Position numbers and translations under genes: made by a program. Source: a bacterium (GTDB taxonomy: Bacteria; JADJOY01). Taken from it: a stretch of DNA of 64,000 bases. Positions 37,662 through 47,946 of the stretch are shown here, piece by piece (within the stretch, counting starts at the first letter, position 1; every line of letters starts with the position of its first letter). Location: contig JAXLQJ010000018.1 of assembly GCA_046331705.1 (NCBI GenBank), forward strand, positions 1 to 64,000, in the 5' to 3' direction. The notes below the pieces were generated by a model. The model worked only from the letters and a program-made list of their open reading frames with translations, was not told the DNA's origin and did no database searches.

Positions 37662-39128
37662 ATGCGGTTCGACTCCTATTGCACCGACGGCTATTTCGAC
37701 GAGCTCTTCGCCACCGACGGCAAGCCCCGTCCCGGCGCCGAGCCGCTGGTGGGCAAGATCCAGTCGCTCTCGCCCGGCGAGCTGCTGCGCCGCCAGCAGG
37801 ACGCCGAGCGCACGTTGTTGCAGCTCGGCATCACGTTCAACGTCTACGGCGATGGCGGCGGCATCGAGCGCATCTTTCCGTTCGACGTCATCCCGCGGAT
37901 CGTCTCGGCGTCCGAGTGGGACACGCTCGAGGCGGGGCTCAAGCAGCGCGTGCTCGCGCTCAACCTGTTCATCGACGACGTCTACCACGAGCAGCGCATC
38001 GTGAAGGACGGCGTCGTGCCCGAGGAGATCGTCCGCACCTCCGCCGCCTACCGGCCCCAATGCGTCGGGCTCAAGCCGCCGCGCGGGGTGTGGTGCCACA
38101 TCAACGGCGCCGATCTCGTGCGCGATCGTGACGGACAGTTCTACGTGCTCGAGGACAACCTGCGCTGCCCGTCCGGTGTCTCGTACGTCCTCGAGAACCG
38201 CTACGTGATGAAGAAGACCTTTCCGGAGGTCTTCGAGGCGTCGCGGGTGCGGCCGGTGGTCGACTACCCGAGCCGCCTTCTCGACATGCTGCAATCGCTC
38301 GCGCCCCCCACCATCACCTCGCCCAAGGTGGTGGTGCTGACGCCCGGCATCTACAACTCGGCCTATTTCGAGCACTCGTTCCTGGCGCAGCAGATGGGCG
38401 TGGAGCTCGTCGAGGGGCGCGATCTGCTGGTCTCGGGCGGGCTGGTGCGCGTGCGCACCACGCGCGGGCTCGAGCGCGTGGACGTGATCTATCGACGCGT
38501 CGACGACGACTTCCTCGACCCCGACGCCTTCCGCTCCGACTCGATGCTCGGCGTGCCGGGTCTGATGGACGTCTACCGCGCCGGCCGCGTGGCGCTCGCC
38601 AACGCACCCGGAACCGGCGTCGCGGACGACAAGGTGATGTACGCGTACGTGCCCAAGATCATCCGCTACTACCTCGGCGAGGACGCGATCGTGCCCAACG
38701 TGCCCACCTACGTGTGCGCCGAGGACGCCGACCGCGCCTACGTGCTCGATCACCTCGAGGAGCTGGTGGTGAAGACCGCGGGCGGCTCGGGCGGCTACGG
38801 CATGTTGGTCGGCCCGGCGGCGACGGCGAAGGAGCGCGCAGAGTTCGCGATTCGCATTCGCGAGCGCCCGCGCGACTACATCGCCCAGCCAGCCTTGGCG
38901 CTCTCGCGGGTCCCGTCGATCGTGGACGGCGGCTTCGAGGGCCGGCACGTCGACCTGCGCCCGTACGTGCTCTTCGGCGAGGACATCTACGTGCTTCCCG
39001 GCGGCCTGACGCGCGTGGCGCTCAAGAAGGGCTCGCTGGTCGTGAACTCGTCACAGGGCGGCGGCAGCAAGGACACCTGGGTCCTGGCACATCGGACCGG
39101 CGCCGCGAGCCGCCTGGAAGCCGCATAG
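37662..39128 (+). CDS. Circularly permuted type 2 ATP-grasp protein (DUF404/DUF407)
   Basis: [66 protein letters not shown] before 37662 (alternative start 37632). Confidence 0.95.
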   Translation: MRFDSYCTDGYFDELFATDGKPRPGAEPLVGKIQSLSPGELLRRQQDAERTLLQLGITFNVYGDGGGIERIFPFDVIPRIVSASEWDTLEAGLKQRVLALNLFIDDVYHEQRIVKDGVVPEEIVRTSAAYRPQCVGLKPPRGVWCHINGADLVRDRDGQFYVLEDNLRCPSGVSYVLENRYVMKKTFPEVFEASRVRPVVDYPSRLLDMLQSLAPPTITSPKVVVLTPGIYNSAYFEHSFLAQQMGVELVEGRDLLVSGGLVRVRTTRGLERVDVIYRRVDDDFLDPDAFRSDSMLGVPGLMDVYRAGRVALANAPGTGVADDKVMYAYVPKIIRYYLGEDAIVPNVPTYVCAEDADRAYVLDHLEELVVKTAGGSGGYGMLVGPAATAKERAEFAIRIRERPRDYIAQPALALSRVPSIVDGGFEGRHVDLRPYVLFGEDIYVLPGGLTRVALKKGSLVVNSSQGGGSKDTWVLAHRTGAASRLEAA

Positions 39129-39237
39129 CCGAACTTCGCCGCGGGAGCTGGCGTTGGCGGCCGCGAGGCCGCTCGCGGGCGATCGCCTGCCCGGCCCCCG
39201 CCGTGTCCCCTTCATCGCCGTGAGCCGAGACTGACCG

Positions 39238-40212
39238 ATGCTGAGCCGCGTCGCCGATTCGATCTACTGGATGAGCCGCCAAATCGAGCGTGCGGAGAAC
39301 GTCGCGCGGTTCGTCGGCGTCAACCTCAACATGCGCCTCGATCTGCCGCCGGGAGTGACCGAGCAGTGGCTGCCGCTGGTCATCACCACCGGCGACGAGG
39401 AGGACTTCAAGGAGCGCTACGGCGAGGCGACGCTCGAAGCGGTGATCCAGTTCCTGACGTTCGATCTCGACAACTCGAACTCGATCCTCTCGTGCCTGCG
39501 CGCGGCGCGCGAGAACGCCCGCGGCGTTCGCGAGGTGATCTCCTCGGAGATGTGGGAGCAGCTCAACAAGTTCTACTTGATGGTGCGCGACACGGCGGCG
39601 TCTGCGCGAGCGCGCCAGCTGCCGGAGGCGTTCTTCGCCGACGTGCGCATGGCGAGCCACCTCTTCGTGGGCGTCGCCGACGCCACGATGTCCCACGGCG
39701 AAGGCTGGAACTGGGCGCAGCTCGGCCGGATGATCGAGCGCGCCGACAAGAGCACCCGCATCCTCGACATGAAGTACTTCATCCTGCTGCCCACGGTCTC
39801 CGACGTGGGAACGCCCTACGACCACCTGCAATGGACCGCCGTGCTGCGCGCGGCGAGCGCGCTCGAGATGTACCGCAAGCGCTACGGACGCCTCGAGTGG
39901 GAGAAAGTCGTCGAGTTCTTGCTGCTCGATCGCGACTTCCCGCGCGCCGTGCACCATTGCGTGGTGAAGGCCGAGGAATCGCTTCACGCCATCGCTGGCA
40001 CGCCGCTCGGAACGTTCGGCAGCGCGGCGGAGCGGCGCCTCGGCCAGTTGCGGGCCCATCTCGACTTCGCGGTGGTGGAGGACGTCATCAGCCAAGGCCT
40101 TCACGAGCAGCTCGACGCGATCCAGCTGCGCCTCAACGGAATCGGCGAGGCGATCTTCGACACCTTCTTCGCCCTGCGCGCGGCCCCGCCGGTGCTCGCG
40201 ATCGCACAGTAG
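39238..40212 (+). CDS. Alpha-E domain protein (DUF403)
   Basis: MLSRVADSIYWMSRQIERAENVAR, ARENAR, ISSEMWE, GRMIERAD, FPRAV. Confidence 0.95.
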   Translation: MLSRVADSIYWMSRQIERAENVARFVGVNLNMRLDLPPGVTEQWLPLVITTGDEEDFKERYGEATLEAVIQFLTFDLDNSNSILSCLRAARENARGVREVISSEMWEQLNKFYLMVRDTAASARARQLPEAFFADVRMASHLFVGVADATMSHGEGWNWAQLGRMIERADKSTRILDMKYFILLPTVSDVGTPYDHLQWTAVLRAASALEMYRKRYGRLEWEKVVEFLLLDRDFPRAVHHCVVKAEESLHAIAGTPLGTFGSAAERRLGQLRAHLDFAVVEDVISQGLHEQLDAIQLRLNGIGEAIFDTFFALRAAPPVLAIAQ

Positions 40213-40321
40213 CGCTCGCTCACGAGCGGCCGGGCACGACGCGGGCGCATCTCGCCGGATTCGGCGAGCGAGCCTTCGAGACACACGGCCGCGCCGCGCG
40301 CCGATCTGCGCCCGGCGAAGC

Positions 40322-41827
40322 TCAGCGCGGGCTGCCGATGCGGAACACGGTGCTGCCGGCGTCGCTCGAGACGAAGAGCGAGCCGTCGCGCGGCGAGACC
40401 GCGACTCCGACCGGCCGCACCACGCCCTCGCCCTCGATGCCGACTTGCCAGCCCCACACGCCGTCGACGTGCCCGCGCCACGAGCCGCCGCCCAGCACGA
40501 CCTCGTACGGGAAATGGGTCTCGGTCGCCGTCGAGCGCGGCATGGGCGCGGTGCCGTCCGGCGCGAACGGCACCCACACGACCTTGTAGCCCGTGGACGG
40601 CCTGCGATCCCACGAGCCGTGCATCGTCACGAACGCTCCGCCCCTCCAGCGGCTCGGCAGGCGTCCTTCCGGGCCGTCGAAGAACGTGATGTCGAGTGGC
40701 GCCGAGTGGGCCTGCACGAAGGTCGCCGGCGGATCGGCGTTGGCGGCGCACCACGCGTCGTCGTGCGGGCTGGCGAAGATCCCGTTCTTCACCGAAGTCC
40801 CCGCCGGCACCACCACGCCGTCGTCGCCGACCAGCCGTTGCGCCGTGAAGCAGAAGGGATAGCCGAAGCGCTTGCCCTTCTCGAGCCTCACGATCGCCTC
40901 GCCGGGGTTCTCGCCATGCACGTCGCGGCCTCGCCAGGTGACGTCGTCGAGACCGTTGACCACGCCGTACATGCGGCCCGCGGAGTCGCGCGTGAAGCCG
41001 ACGGTGTTGCGCAGCCCGACGGCGAAGACCTCGCCGTCCGCCCAGCGGAAGGGGTGCGCGGGGTCGAAGCGCGTCAGGTCGAAGCGCTTCACCAGCGAGC
41101 GCGCCGTGTCGTACGCCGGTGACATCGGGTTGACGGCGTTTCCCGCCGAGCCGAGCTGGACGTAGAGGAAGTCGCCGTAGACGTGGTTGGTGTGGCGGCC
41201 GTGGCCGCCGTCGGAGGGCTGCTCCACGACCACCCGCTCGAGCGCGCCGGCTTCATCCGCGTCCGGCGACCAGCGGAATCGCACCACGCCGTCGGGCGAG
41301 CTGGCGTAGACGTAGCCGCGCTCCACATCGACGTGGACGCTGTTCCCGTTCCCTCCCGACGACGCCCACGGCACGGTCTCGGGTGCTCCGCTCGCGAACG
41401 CACCGTCGCCGTCGACGTCGCGGAAGCGATAGATCGCGCCGGCGACCGTCGCGCCGAAGAGGTCGCCGTTGGGCGCGAACGCGAGCTGGCGCAATCCGCC
41501 TTCCGCTCGCCCGACGAAACACGCGACCAGCCCGGGAGCGACGTAGTGCGTGTCGCGCGGCAACGGCAGCGCCTTGCCGCAGGCGCGCCGCACGTCCGCG
41601 TCGGCGATCTCCCGAGCGGGCCCCGCCGCGGCCTCGCGTGGCGTGCCTCCCGGATCGGGATCGGGTGGGTGCACGTCGTCGAGGCTGATGTGGACGCGAC
41701 CTTTGGTTTTCGGCGCCGGCGCGCTCGCCGGGCCACTGGGCTTCGAGTCGCCGCGGCACGCGAGGGCGCCCAGGACGACCACCGCGCCGACGCAGACGAG
41801 CGCTCGGTGAACAAGAGCTCGCGTCAT
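40322..41827 (-). CDS. PQQ-dependent sugar/L-sorbosone dehydrogenase-like beta-propeller lipoprotein
   Basis: RQLAFAPNGDL, GLRNTVG, GYPFC, QAHSAPL, HGSWDR..GYKV, RPVGVAV, VSSD; LGALAC lipobox. Confidence 0.88.
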   Translation of the reverse strand: MTRALVHRALVCVGAVVVLGALACRGDSKPSGPASAPAPKTKGRVHISLDDVHPPDPDPGGTPREAAAGPAREIADADVRRACGKALPLPRDTHYVAPGLVACFVGRAEGGLRQLAFAPNGDLFGATVAGAIYRFRDVDGDGAFASGAPETVPWASSGGNGNSVHVDVERGYVYASSPDGVVRFRWSPDADEAGALERVVVEQPSDGGHGRHTNHVYGDFLYVQLGSAGNAVNPMSPAYDTARSLVKRFDLTRFDPAHPFRWADGEVFAVGLRNTVGFTRDSAGRMYGVVNGLDDVTWRGRDVHGENPGEAIVRLEKGKRFGYPFCFTAQRLVGDDGVVVPAGTSVKNGIFASPHDDAWCAANADPPATFVQAHSAPLDITFFDGPEGRLPSRWRGGAFVTMHGSWDRRPSTGYKVVWVPFAPDGTAPMPRSTATETHFPYEVVLGGGSWRGHVDGVWGWQVGIEGEGVVRPVGVAVSPRDGSLFVSSDAGSTVFRIGSPR

Positions 41828-41927
41828 TCGTCCTCCGCTACGGGTGTTCCTTGCGACGCGGGGACGTTCCCGCGCGATCGTGCAAGGATACGCGCGGCGA
41901 CCTCGAGACGATCGACATCGCACCGCG

Positions 41928-42707
41928 ATGAGCACCCACCCGCCCGAGCCCACCGACGAGATCGAGATCGAGGCGGCGCCAGGCGTGCGCCTCGGGGTGA
42001 GCCGATGGCTGCGCGACCGCCCCACGGCCGTGGTCGTGGCCCCGGGTTTCTTCCGCTCGCGCCACTCGCCGATGCTGGTCGCCACGGCCGCGCGCATCGC
42101 GGCCGCGCACGACGTCTACCTCTTCGACTTCCGGGGGCACGGCACCAGCACCGGTCGCTACACGTTCGGCCGCCGCGAGACCGACGACCTCGCGGCGGTG
42201 CTCGCACACGTGCGCGGTCGCGGTCACGTGCGGATCGCCGTGGTCGGTTTCTCGATGGGCGGCACGGTCGCGGTGCGCACGCTCGGGGCCGAGCGCCGCG
42301 CGGGCCGCGATCCGCAGATCGCGGCGCTGGTGACCGTGAGCTCGCCCTCCGAGGTGTCGCGGCTTCGACCGCGGCTCCCGCCGCGCGGGCTGCTCGGACA
42401 GAGCTTCGCCGCCGAGCGCCATCGGCTACCCCGCCTCGACCTCGCGACGCTCGTCCGCCATCGGCTCGACACGGTCGCGCTGGCCGCCTGGATCTCGCCC
42501 ACGCCGTGGCTCGTGCTCCACAACCTCGGCGATTGGTTGGTCCCGCACGCGATGGCCGAGGCGCTCCACCGCGGCGCCCGCCCGCCGTGCACCCTTCACC
42601 TCTTCCGCAACCGCGCGCGGCTGCACGCCGACGCGTTGGTGCGGACGATCCCGGACGAGTTCTTCGGCGTCCTCGAGCCCTTCTTGCAGGCTCGTCTGTG
42701 CCCGTGA
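41928..42707 (+). CDS. Alpha/beta hydrolase
   Basis: DFRGHGTS, GFSMGG nucleophile elbow, DWLVP, C-terminal His. Confidence 0.92.
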   Translation: MSTHPPEPTDEIEIEAAPGVRLGVSRWLRDRPTAVVVAPGFFRSRHSPMLVATAARIAAAHDVYLFDFRGHGTSTGRYTFGRRETDDLAAVLAHVRGRGHVRIAVVGFSMGGTVAVRTLGAERRAGRDPQIAALVTVSSPSEVSRLRPRLPPRGLLGQSFAAERHRLPRLDLATLVRHRLDTVALAAWISPTPWLVLHNLGDWLVPHAMAEALHRGARPPCTLHLFRNRARLHADALVRTIPDEFFGVLEPFLQARLCP

Positions 42708-42749
42708 ACCGCCCGCGGCGCACCGGCTCGCGCCGAGCGTGCGAATCGC

Positions 42750-42778
42750 TTGCCGCTCGCGGGTCGTTGCAGTATCCA
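42750..42778 (+). promoter_or_regulatory. Sigma70-type promoter candidate for csp
   Basis: TTGCCG-17 nt-TATCCA, implying a ~150-nt 5' UTR. Confidence 0.5.
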
Positions 42779-42934
42779 AGCGCCGTTTTTTGCCCGGGCT
42801 CGGCAGGCGGGTCCGGGGATTCAACCCCAGCGCGCGAGACCGAGAACGAGCGTTTCGAGGCCAGGTCGGCAGGTTGGTCCTCCCCGTAGGTTTCGGCAGT
42901 CGAGTCGGTTCCCGCACGGAAGGAGTCCGTGGCC

Positions 42935-43138
42935 ATGCCCATCGGTACCGTGAAGTGGTTCAACGACGCGAAGGGATTCGGCTTCATCACGCCGGAAGAC
43001 GGCTCCAAGGACGTCTTCGTGCACCACACGGCGATCCAGATGGACGGGTTCCGCACCCTCGCCGAAGGCCAGCGCGTCGAATACGAGACCACGATGGGCC
43101 CCAAGGGTCCCGCGGCCGAGAAGGTTCGGCCGGCCTGA
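42935..43138 (+). CDS. cspA: Cold-shock protein (CspA family)
   Basis: [15 protein letters not shown] (RNP1), DVFVH (RNP2), [16 protein letters not shown]. Confidence 0.97.
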   Translation: MPIGTVKWFNDAKGFGFITPEDGSKDVFVHHTAIQMDGFRTLAEGQRVEYETTMGPKGPAAEKVRPA

Positions 43139-43160
43139 TCCGCAGACCGTCCCGCCCGAA

Positions 43161-43194
43161 AGCCCGGGAGCACGCGAGCCCGGGCTCTTCTTTT
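43161..43194 (+). terminator. Rho-independent terminator
   Basis: AGCCCGGG-loop-CCCGGGCT followed by CTTCTTTT. Confidence 0.75.
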
Positions 43195-43258
43195 CTCCGC
43201 GACGCCGTCGTACACCGGGGATCGAGACACACGGTCCTTCCCGCAGCGAGAACCCTTC

Positions 43259-44284
43259 ATGCTCGATCTGGCACGTCTCGAACGAGTGCGGTTGCACCGC
43301 CGGCCGCCCGGGCAATTGCTCGTCGCCGCGCTCTTCCTGTGGCCGAGCTATCGCTTTCCCCGCAAGACCGAGATCGTCATCGAAGGCATCGAGCGCATCC
43401 CCCGCGACCGCTCGGTGTTCTTCGCGATGAATCACACCGACCGCTTCAACTACTGGCCGTTCCAGTACGCCCTGCACCGCACCGGCGTGCACCGCTACAC
43501 GGCCACCTGGGTGAAGGGGAAATACTACGAGCATCCCGCGATCGCGTGGTTCATGGACGCCACCAACAACATCCCGCTGCCGTCACGCGGCTACGTGCTG
43601 ACCACCGAGTTCCGGCGCACCGTCGGCCGCGTCCCCACCGAGACGGAGTACCGGCAGCTGCGTGACCTCGCCGACGGCAACCTCGCGCTCCAGCACGCCG
43701 CGTTCGTGAACGCGAGCCCCGAGCTCAAGCGCTTCCTCGAAGCACAAGGTGCCGACCCCTCGGCGGCGCCAATCGGCCGCGACGGGCACGAATCGGTCTT
43801 CCTGCCGCGCTTCGAGGAGCTCTTCGATCGGATGATCGAGGCGGTGGTGCGGCTCAACCACGACGCGCTGAACGAGTATCGGTGTCACGTCCTGGTGTTC
43901 CCGCAGGGGACGCGCTCGCGGCGGCTGAGCCGCGGTCACACGGGGCTGGCGCAGATGACGCAGCGGCTCGGCGCTCCCATCGTCCCCATCGGCTGCAACG
44001 GTTCCGATCGCATCTATCCCGGCAGCTCGCCGTGGTCGAGCGGTGGACGCGTGGTCTACCGGGTCGGGCCGATCCTGGAAGTCGACGGTCCCGAGCTCGC
44101 GCCCCAACGCGTGCGCGACGAGTTCACGCCGCTCTCGCGCAGCGCCGTGGCGCGCCACGGCGACCGCTTCCGCGCGATCACGGACATCGTGATGGACCAC
44201 GTGAATCGACTGCTCGATCCCGAGTACCAGCGCACCGAGACGGGCGAGAGCGACGGAGTCACCGGCATCCACCGCTTCGTGTGA
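43259..44284 (+). CDS. Acyltransferase (PlsC/LPLAT family)
   Basis: MNHTDRFN, VFPQGTRS, PIVPIGCNG. Confidence 0.85.
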   Translation: MLDLARLERVRLHRRPPGQLLVAALFLWPSYRFPRKTEIVIEGIERIPRDRSVFFAMNHTDRFNYWPFQYALHRTGVHRYTATWVKGKYYEHPAIAWFMDATNNIPLPSRGYVLTTEFRRTVGRVPTETEYRQLRDLADGNLALQHAAFVNASPELKRFLEAQGADPSAAPIGRDGHESVFLPRFEELFDRMIEAVVRLNHDALNEYRCHVLVFPQGTRSRRLSRGHTGLAQMTQRLGAPIVPIGCNGSDRIYPGSSPWSSGGRVVYRVGPILEVDGPELAPQRVRDEFTPLSRSAVARHGDRFRAITDIVMDHVNRLLDPEYQRTETGESDGVTGIHRFV

Positions 44285-44307
44285 AGGCGCGCCGTGCACG
44301 GACGATC

Positions 44308-44577
44308 ATGAACCATCTCTCTCCCGATCAGCTCGATTGGCTCGGCACCGGCGCGGGCACCCTCACCACGATCGCCTTCCTGCCGCAGGTCTGGAAGACG
44401 TGGCGAACGCGCTCCACCGCCGATCTCTCGCTCGCGATGTGGAGCCTGTTCTCGCTGGGTGTCGCGCTGTGGGTGGTCTACGGCGCGCTGCTCGGCGCGA
44501 CGCCCATCGTCTGGTTCAACGCGATCACGCTGGTGCTGGCGTCGAGTCTGCTCTACCTCAAGATCCGCCACCGGTGA
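44308..44577 (+). CDS. SemiSWEET (PQ-loop) sugar transporter
   Basis: AGTLTTIAFLPQVWKTWRTRSTADLS, LWVVYG, PIVWFN. Confidence 0.95.
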   Translation: MNHLSPDQLDWLGTGAGTLTTIAFLPQVWKTWRTRSTADLSLAMWSLFSLGVALWVVYGALLGATPIVWFNAITLVLASSLLYLKIRHR

Positions 44578-44634
44578 GCGGCCGAAGCCTTCGCGAGCGG
44601 GCCCGTCGCGCGACGGCCCGTGACGCCGCGCCGA

Positions 44635-45630
44635 TCAGTTCCAGGGCAGTCGCGAGCGGGTGCCCCAGTAGCTCGCGGGCTCCTCGACGAGCGCCGCCAG
44701 CTCGTGCGCCGCTTGCGCGTCCCACGCGACCTCGAGGGCACGCGCGTTCGAAGCGAGCTGCGCTGGCGTAGCCGCACCGCTCAGCACCACGTCGACCCAC
44801 GGCTCGGCGACCACGGCGGCGAGCGCCAGCGCGTCGCGGGTGCAGCCGAGACGCGCGCAGGCTCGCTCGAGGACGGTCTCGTCCGCGAGCGGCGGCGACC
44901 CCTCGACCCGCGCCGCGAGCCGACCGTTGGCCATCCCTTCCTTCACGATGACGCCGAGCCCGGCGGCGTGAGCGTCGGCGAGGGCCGCGCCCGCGGAGCG
45001 CTCGAGCAGGTTCCACGTCGCCTGGACCGTCTGGAAGAGCCGAGCTCCGTCGACCTCCACGGCGAGCGCGCGCCGGATGACCTCCGACTGGCGCGGACCC
45101 GAGACCGAGAGGCCGATGCGCACGCCCTCGGCGCGCAGCCGCGCCAGCGCGTGCATCACCGCCCGATCGTCGAGGACGCCGCTCTCGAGCGTCGCCGAGT
45201 GGATCTGGTAGACGTCGATGCGCTCGCCCAGACACGCACGGCTCTCGCGCCACTGGCGTTCGAACGCCGCCAGCGAGTGATCCTTGACCTCGTGGGACGC
45301 GGCGTCGACGCGCCACTGCGCGGTGTACGTGTAGCCCCACTTCGACCCCACCACGACGGCGCCGCGCGCCCCATCACGCGCGGCCAGCCAGCTCGCCAGG
45401 AACTCCTCGCCGCGCCCGTACGAGCGCGCCACGTCCAGGTAGCGAATGCCCGCCGCGAACGCGGCGTCGAGCACCGCGTGGGCGCCGCGCTCCATCGCCT
45501 CCACCTGGTAGGCCCCGCGCAGATCGCTGGCGTGGCCGAGGTTCAGGTAGCCCGGTCGGCCCAGGGCCGCGAGCCCCAACCCCAAGCGCGAGACCGCGAG
45601 GCCCGTCGCCCCGAGCGCGCGACTCGTCAC
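44635..45630 (-). CDS. Aldo/keto reductase
   Basis: LGATGLAVSRLGLG, DVARSYG, SKWGY, YQIHS, QATWNLLE. Confidence 0.93.
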   Translation of the reverse strand: MTSRALGATGLAVSRLGLGLAALGRPGYLNLGHASDLRGAYQVEAMERGAHAVLDAAFAAGIRYLDVARSYGRGEEFLASWLAARDGARGAVVVGSKWGYTYTAQWRVDAASHEVKDHSLAAFERQWRESRACLGERIDVYQIHSATLESGVLDDRAVMHALARLRAEGVRIGLSVSGPRQSEVIRRALAVEVDGARLFQTVQATWNLLERSAGAALADAHAAGLGVIVKEGMANGRLAARVEGSPPLADETVLERACARLGCTRDALALAAVVAEPWVDVVLSGAATPAQLASNARALEVAWDAQAAHELAALVEEPASYWGTRSRLPWN

Positions 45631-45643
45631 GAGCGAGGCGCGA

Positions 45644-45994
45644 TCAGCTCGCGGGCTGGTCGAGGAGCGGCGCGATCCAGGCCCGCACGTCCTGGTTCAC
45701 CGGCACGCGGTAACGATGGCTGCGCCACAGCTCGTCCTTGCCTTCGACGAGCAGGAACGCGTCGGTGGGCAAGCGCGCCACGACGTCGCGGAACGAGTCG
45801 CGCAGCGCGTCCTCGAACCACATGCCGAGCCGGCCACGCGGCGTGTCTCCGACCAGCGCGAAGCGGCCCTCGCCGGCGTCGTAGCCGCGCACGCGCATGA
45901 TCGGCGCGTTCGCGGAGTCCGCGGCGCGGAACTTGGTGCAGTCGCTCTGCATCCGCACCTGCACGGCCCACACGAGGCGTGTCCCGGCTGTCAT
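45644..45994 (-). CDS. Hypothetical protein
   Basis: Fills the gap upstream of the AKR on the same strand; coding-like composition. Confidence 0.6.
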   Translation of the reverse strand: MTAGTRLVWAVQVRMQSDCTKFRAADSANAPIMRVRGYDAGEGRFALVGDTPRGRLGMWFEDALRDSFRDVVARLPTDAFLLVEGKDELWRSHRYRVPVNQDVRAWIAPLLDQPAS

Positions 45995-46163
45995 GAGGGC
46001 CGCATCCTATGCAGGCGCTCGAGGTCGCGCAAGCAGCGCCGGCGCGAAACCGCCCCGCGTTCCAGCGCCGGACGCGAGGGGGTTGTCCCCACGAGGCCGA
46101 CGGCAATAGATTCGGCTCGGCGCGACCAACCCGCGGGGGAAGTGAACGAGATCGGAGGCGAGC

Positions 46164-46811
46164 GTGATCGTCACCTGCAGCGGCTGCGGCAAGCGATTCA
46201 CTTCCCGGCTCACCGAGTGCCCGTTCTGCAAGGCACCGAATCCCGAGGTCGACACACAGCCACCCGCCCATGTCGCGGACTCCGCAGCCGCCGCCGCTCC
46301 GGGCGGCGCGCCGCCGCCACCGCCTGCGTTCCACGAGCCGCCGCGCCCCACGCCGCGAAGCCTCCTCGACAAGCAGGTGGCGGACGCCAAGCCCGGGACC
46401 AACCCCATCGTCTTCACGGTGCTCAAGCTGGTGGTGCTGCTGGCGGTGATCGGGGGCGGCGCGTATTCGATCAAGCTCTTCTTCACTCCCGACAAGCCGA
46501 CCGCGTTCATCGGCGCGTCGCGCGGCGACGAGCTCGAGATGCCGATCGAGAAGCTCACCACGGCGACTCCCGACATGCTGGATCGTCGGCTGTTGCTGGT
46601 CGCCAAGTTCGGCAAGGTGATGTCGGACGACGACGGCTTCCGAAGGTTCGAGGCCATCTCCGCCGCCGGCGTGAGCCTGCCGATCTACGTCGCGCCCGAG
46701 TACGCGAAGGTGATCGACCAGCTCAAGCCGGGCCAGACCTTCGGCGCCTACGGGACCATCGAGAACAAGGGGCTCGGCTACACGCCCAAGCCTGCGCTCG
46801 TGGTGAAGTGA
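46164..46811 (+). CDS. Zn-ribbon, Pro-rich linker, single TM helix and OB-fold-like extracytoplasmic domain
   Basis: CSGC..CPFC, LKLVVLLAVIGGGAY; GGAGG RBS. Confidence 0.8.
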   Translation: MIVTCSGCGKRFTSRLTECPFCKAPNPEVDTQPPAHVADSAAAAAPGGAPPPPPAFHEPPRPTPRSLLDKQVADAKPGTNPIVFTVLKLVVLLAVIGGGAYSIKLFFTPDKPTAFIGASRGDELEMPIEKLTTATPDMLDRRLLLVAKFGKVMSDDDGFRRFEAISAAGVSLPIYVAPEYAKVIDQLKPGQTFGAYGTIENKGLGYTPKPALVVK

Positions 46812-46903
46812 CGCGCGCGAGCGGCATCGCTAGGATCGAGGCGAGCGAGCCGCCACGTCGGGCTTGCGGCCGGTGAGTCGGCCGGCACGGAAGAACCCCT
46901 CCC

Positions 46904-47806
46904 GTGGAACGGCCCGTCCTCTTCCAGCTCTCGATCGCCGCGGTGATGGTGGCGCTGATCCGCCACCTCTTCGCCGTCTACCGGCGCTCGACGGCGGTGC
47001 TGGTGATCGGTTCGGTCGCGTGGCTGGCGCTGACCAAGGAATTCGGGACGCTTCACGATTCCACGCCCGACTACGAGGTGCTGATTCAGTCGATCGTGCC
47101 CGGGCCGATCGTGATCGCGTGCGGGTGGGTCATCGTCTTCTTGCTGGGGCTCGAGGCGAGCCGGCTGGCCGCCGAACGATTTCCCCGCGCTCGGCTCGAT
47201 CGCTACTTCGCGCGGGTGTTCGTCGTCGCGCTCTACGGGGCGTTGGCTTCGATCCCCGTCGAGATGATCGGCCAGACCCTCGGCTGGTGGCGCTGGCGGG
47301 TGCCGAGCGAGATCTTCCCGCGGCCCTCGTGGGACGACTGGTTCGGGGTCGAGCTCTCGTTCGCGCTGATCGTGCTGCTCATCGCCGGTGCCACCCGGCG
47401 CTTTCTGTGGCAGTTCCCGCTGATCTTCCTGGTGGGCACGATCCTGAGCGGGCTGATCTTCAAGAACATCAACGCGTGGCGCACGATCGGCATCCATCCC
47501 GCGTTCATCGCGTTTCCGGTCTTCCTGGCGGCACCGTTCCTGGTTCCCGGGCTGGTGCTCCACGAGCGGCTGCGGGTGGCGAGCCCGGCGTCGCGGTGGA
47601 AGCTCGCGCCGATCGTCAGTGAGCTCGTCATCGTGGGCGTGCTCTGCCTCTACCTGCTGCTGCGATCGCAACCGGAGGCGCTGGTCTATGCGGTGCCGTA
47701 CCTCGCCTGGATCGCTGTGCATCGGCTGCTGCTCGGCCGACCCGTGAGCGCCCCGGCGACGGTCGCCCGGGTGCCCGCGATCGCTGCGGAGCAAGCGGTG
47801 CGCTGA
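46904..47806 (+). CDS. Polytopic membrane protein, weakly CruF/carotenoid-synthesis-like
   Basis: About 9 TM segments; KE..Y..P..IACGW and VE..G..LGWWRW patterns. Confidence 0.7.
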   Translation: MERPVLFQLSIAAVMVALIRHLFAVYRRSTAVLVIGSVAWLALTKEFGTLHDSTPDYEVLIQSIVPGPIVIACGWVIVFLLGLEASRLAAERFPRARLDRYFARVFVVALYGALASIPVEMIGQTLGWWRWRVPSEIFPRPSWDDWFGVELSFALIVLLIAGATRRFLWQFPLIFLVGTILSGLIFKNINAWRTIGIHPAFIAFPVFLAAPFLVPGLVLHERLRVASPASRWKLAPIVSELVIVGVLCLYLLLRSQPEALVYAVPYLAWIAVHRLLLGRPVSAPATVARVPAIAAEQAVR

Positions 47807-47946
47807 CCGCGCGGCGCGGCCCACGCTCCGTCGCCTGCTGACGACGCGAAATCGCCTCTGCCATCCTGCGCTCCCCGCCCCCCTGCGCGCCGCACGAAGT
47901 CGGGTCCGACGCCACGAACGCTTCCGTTTCGTCCCGCCGGCGCCGC

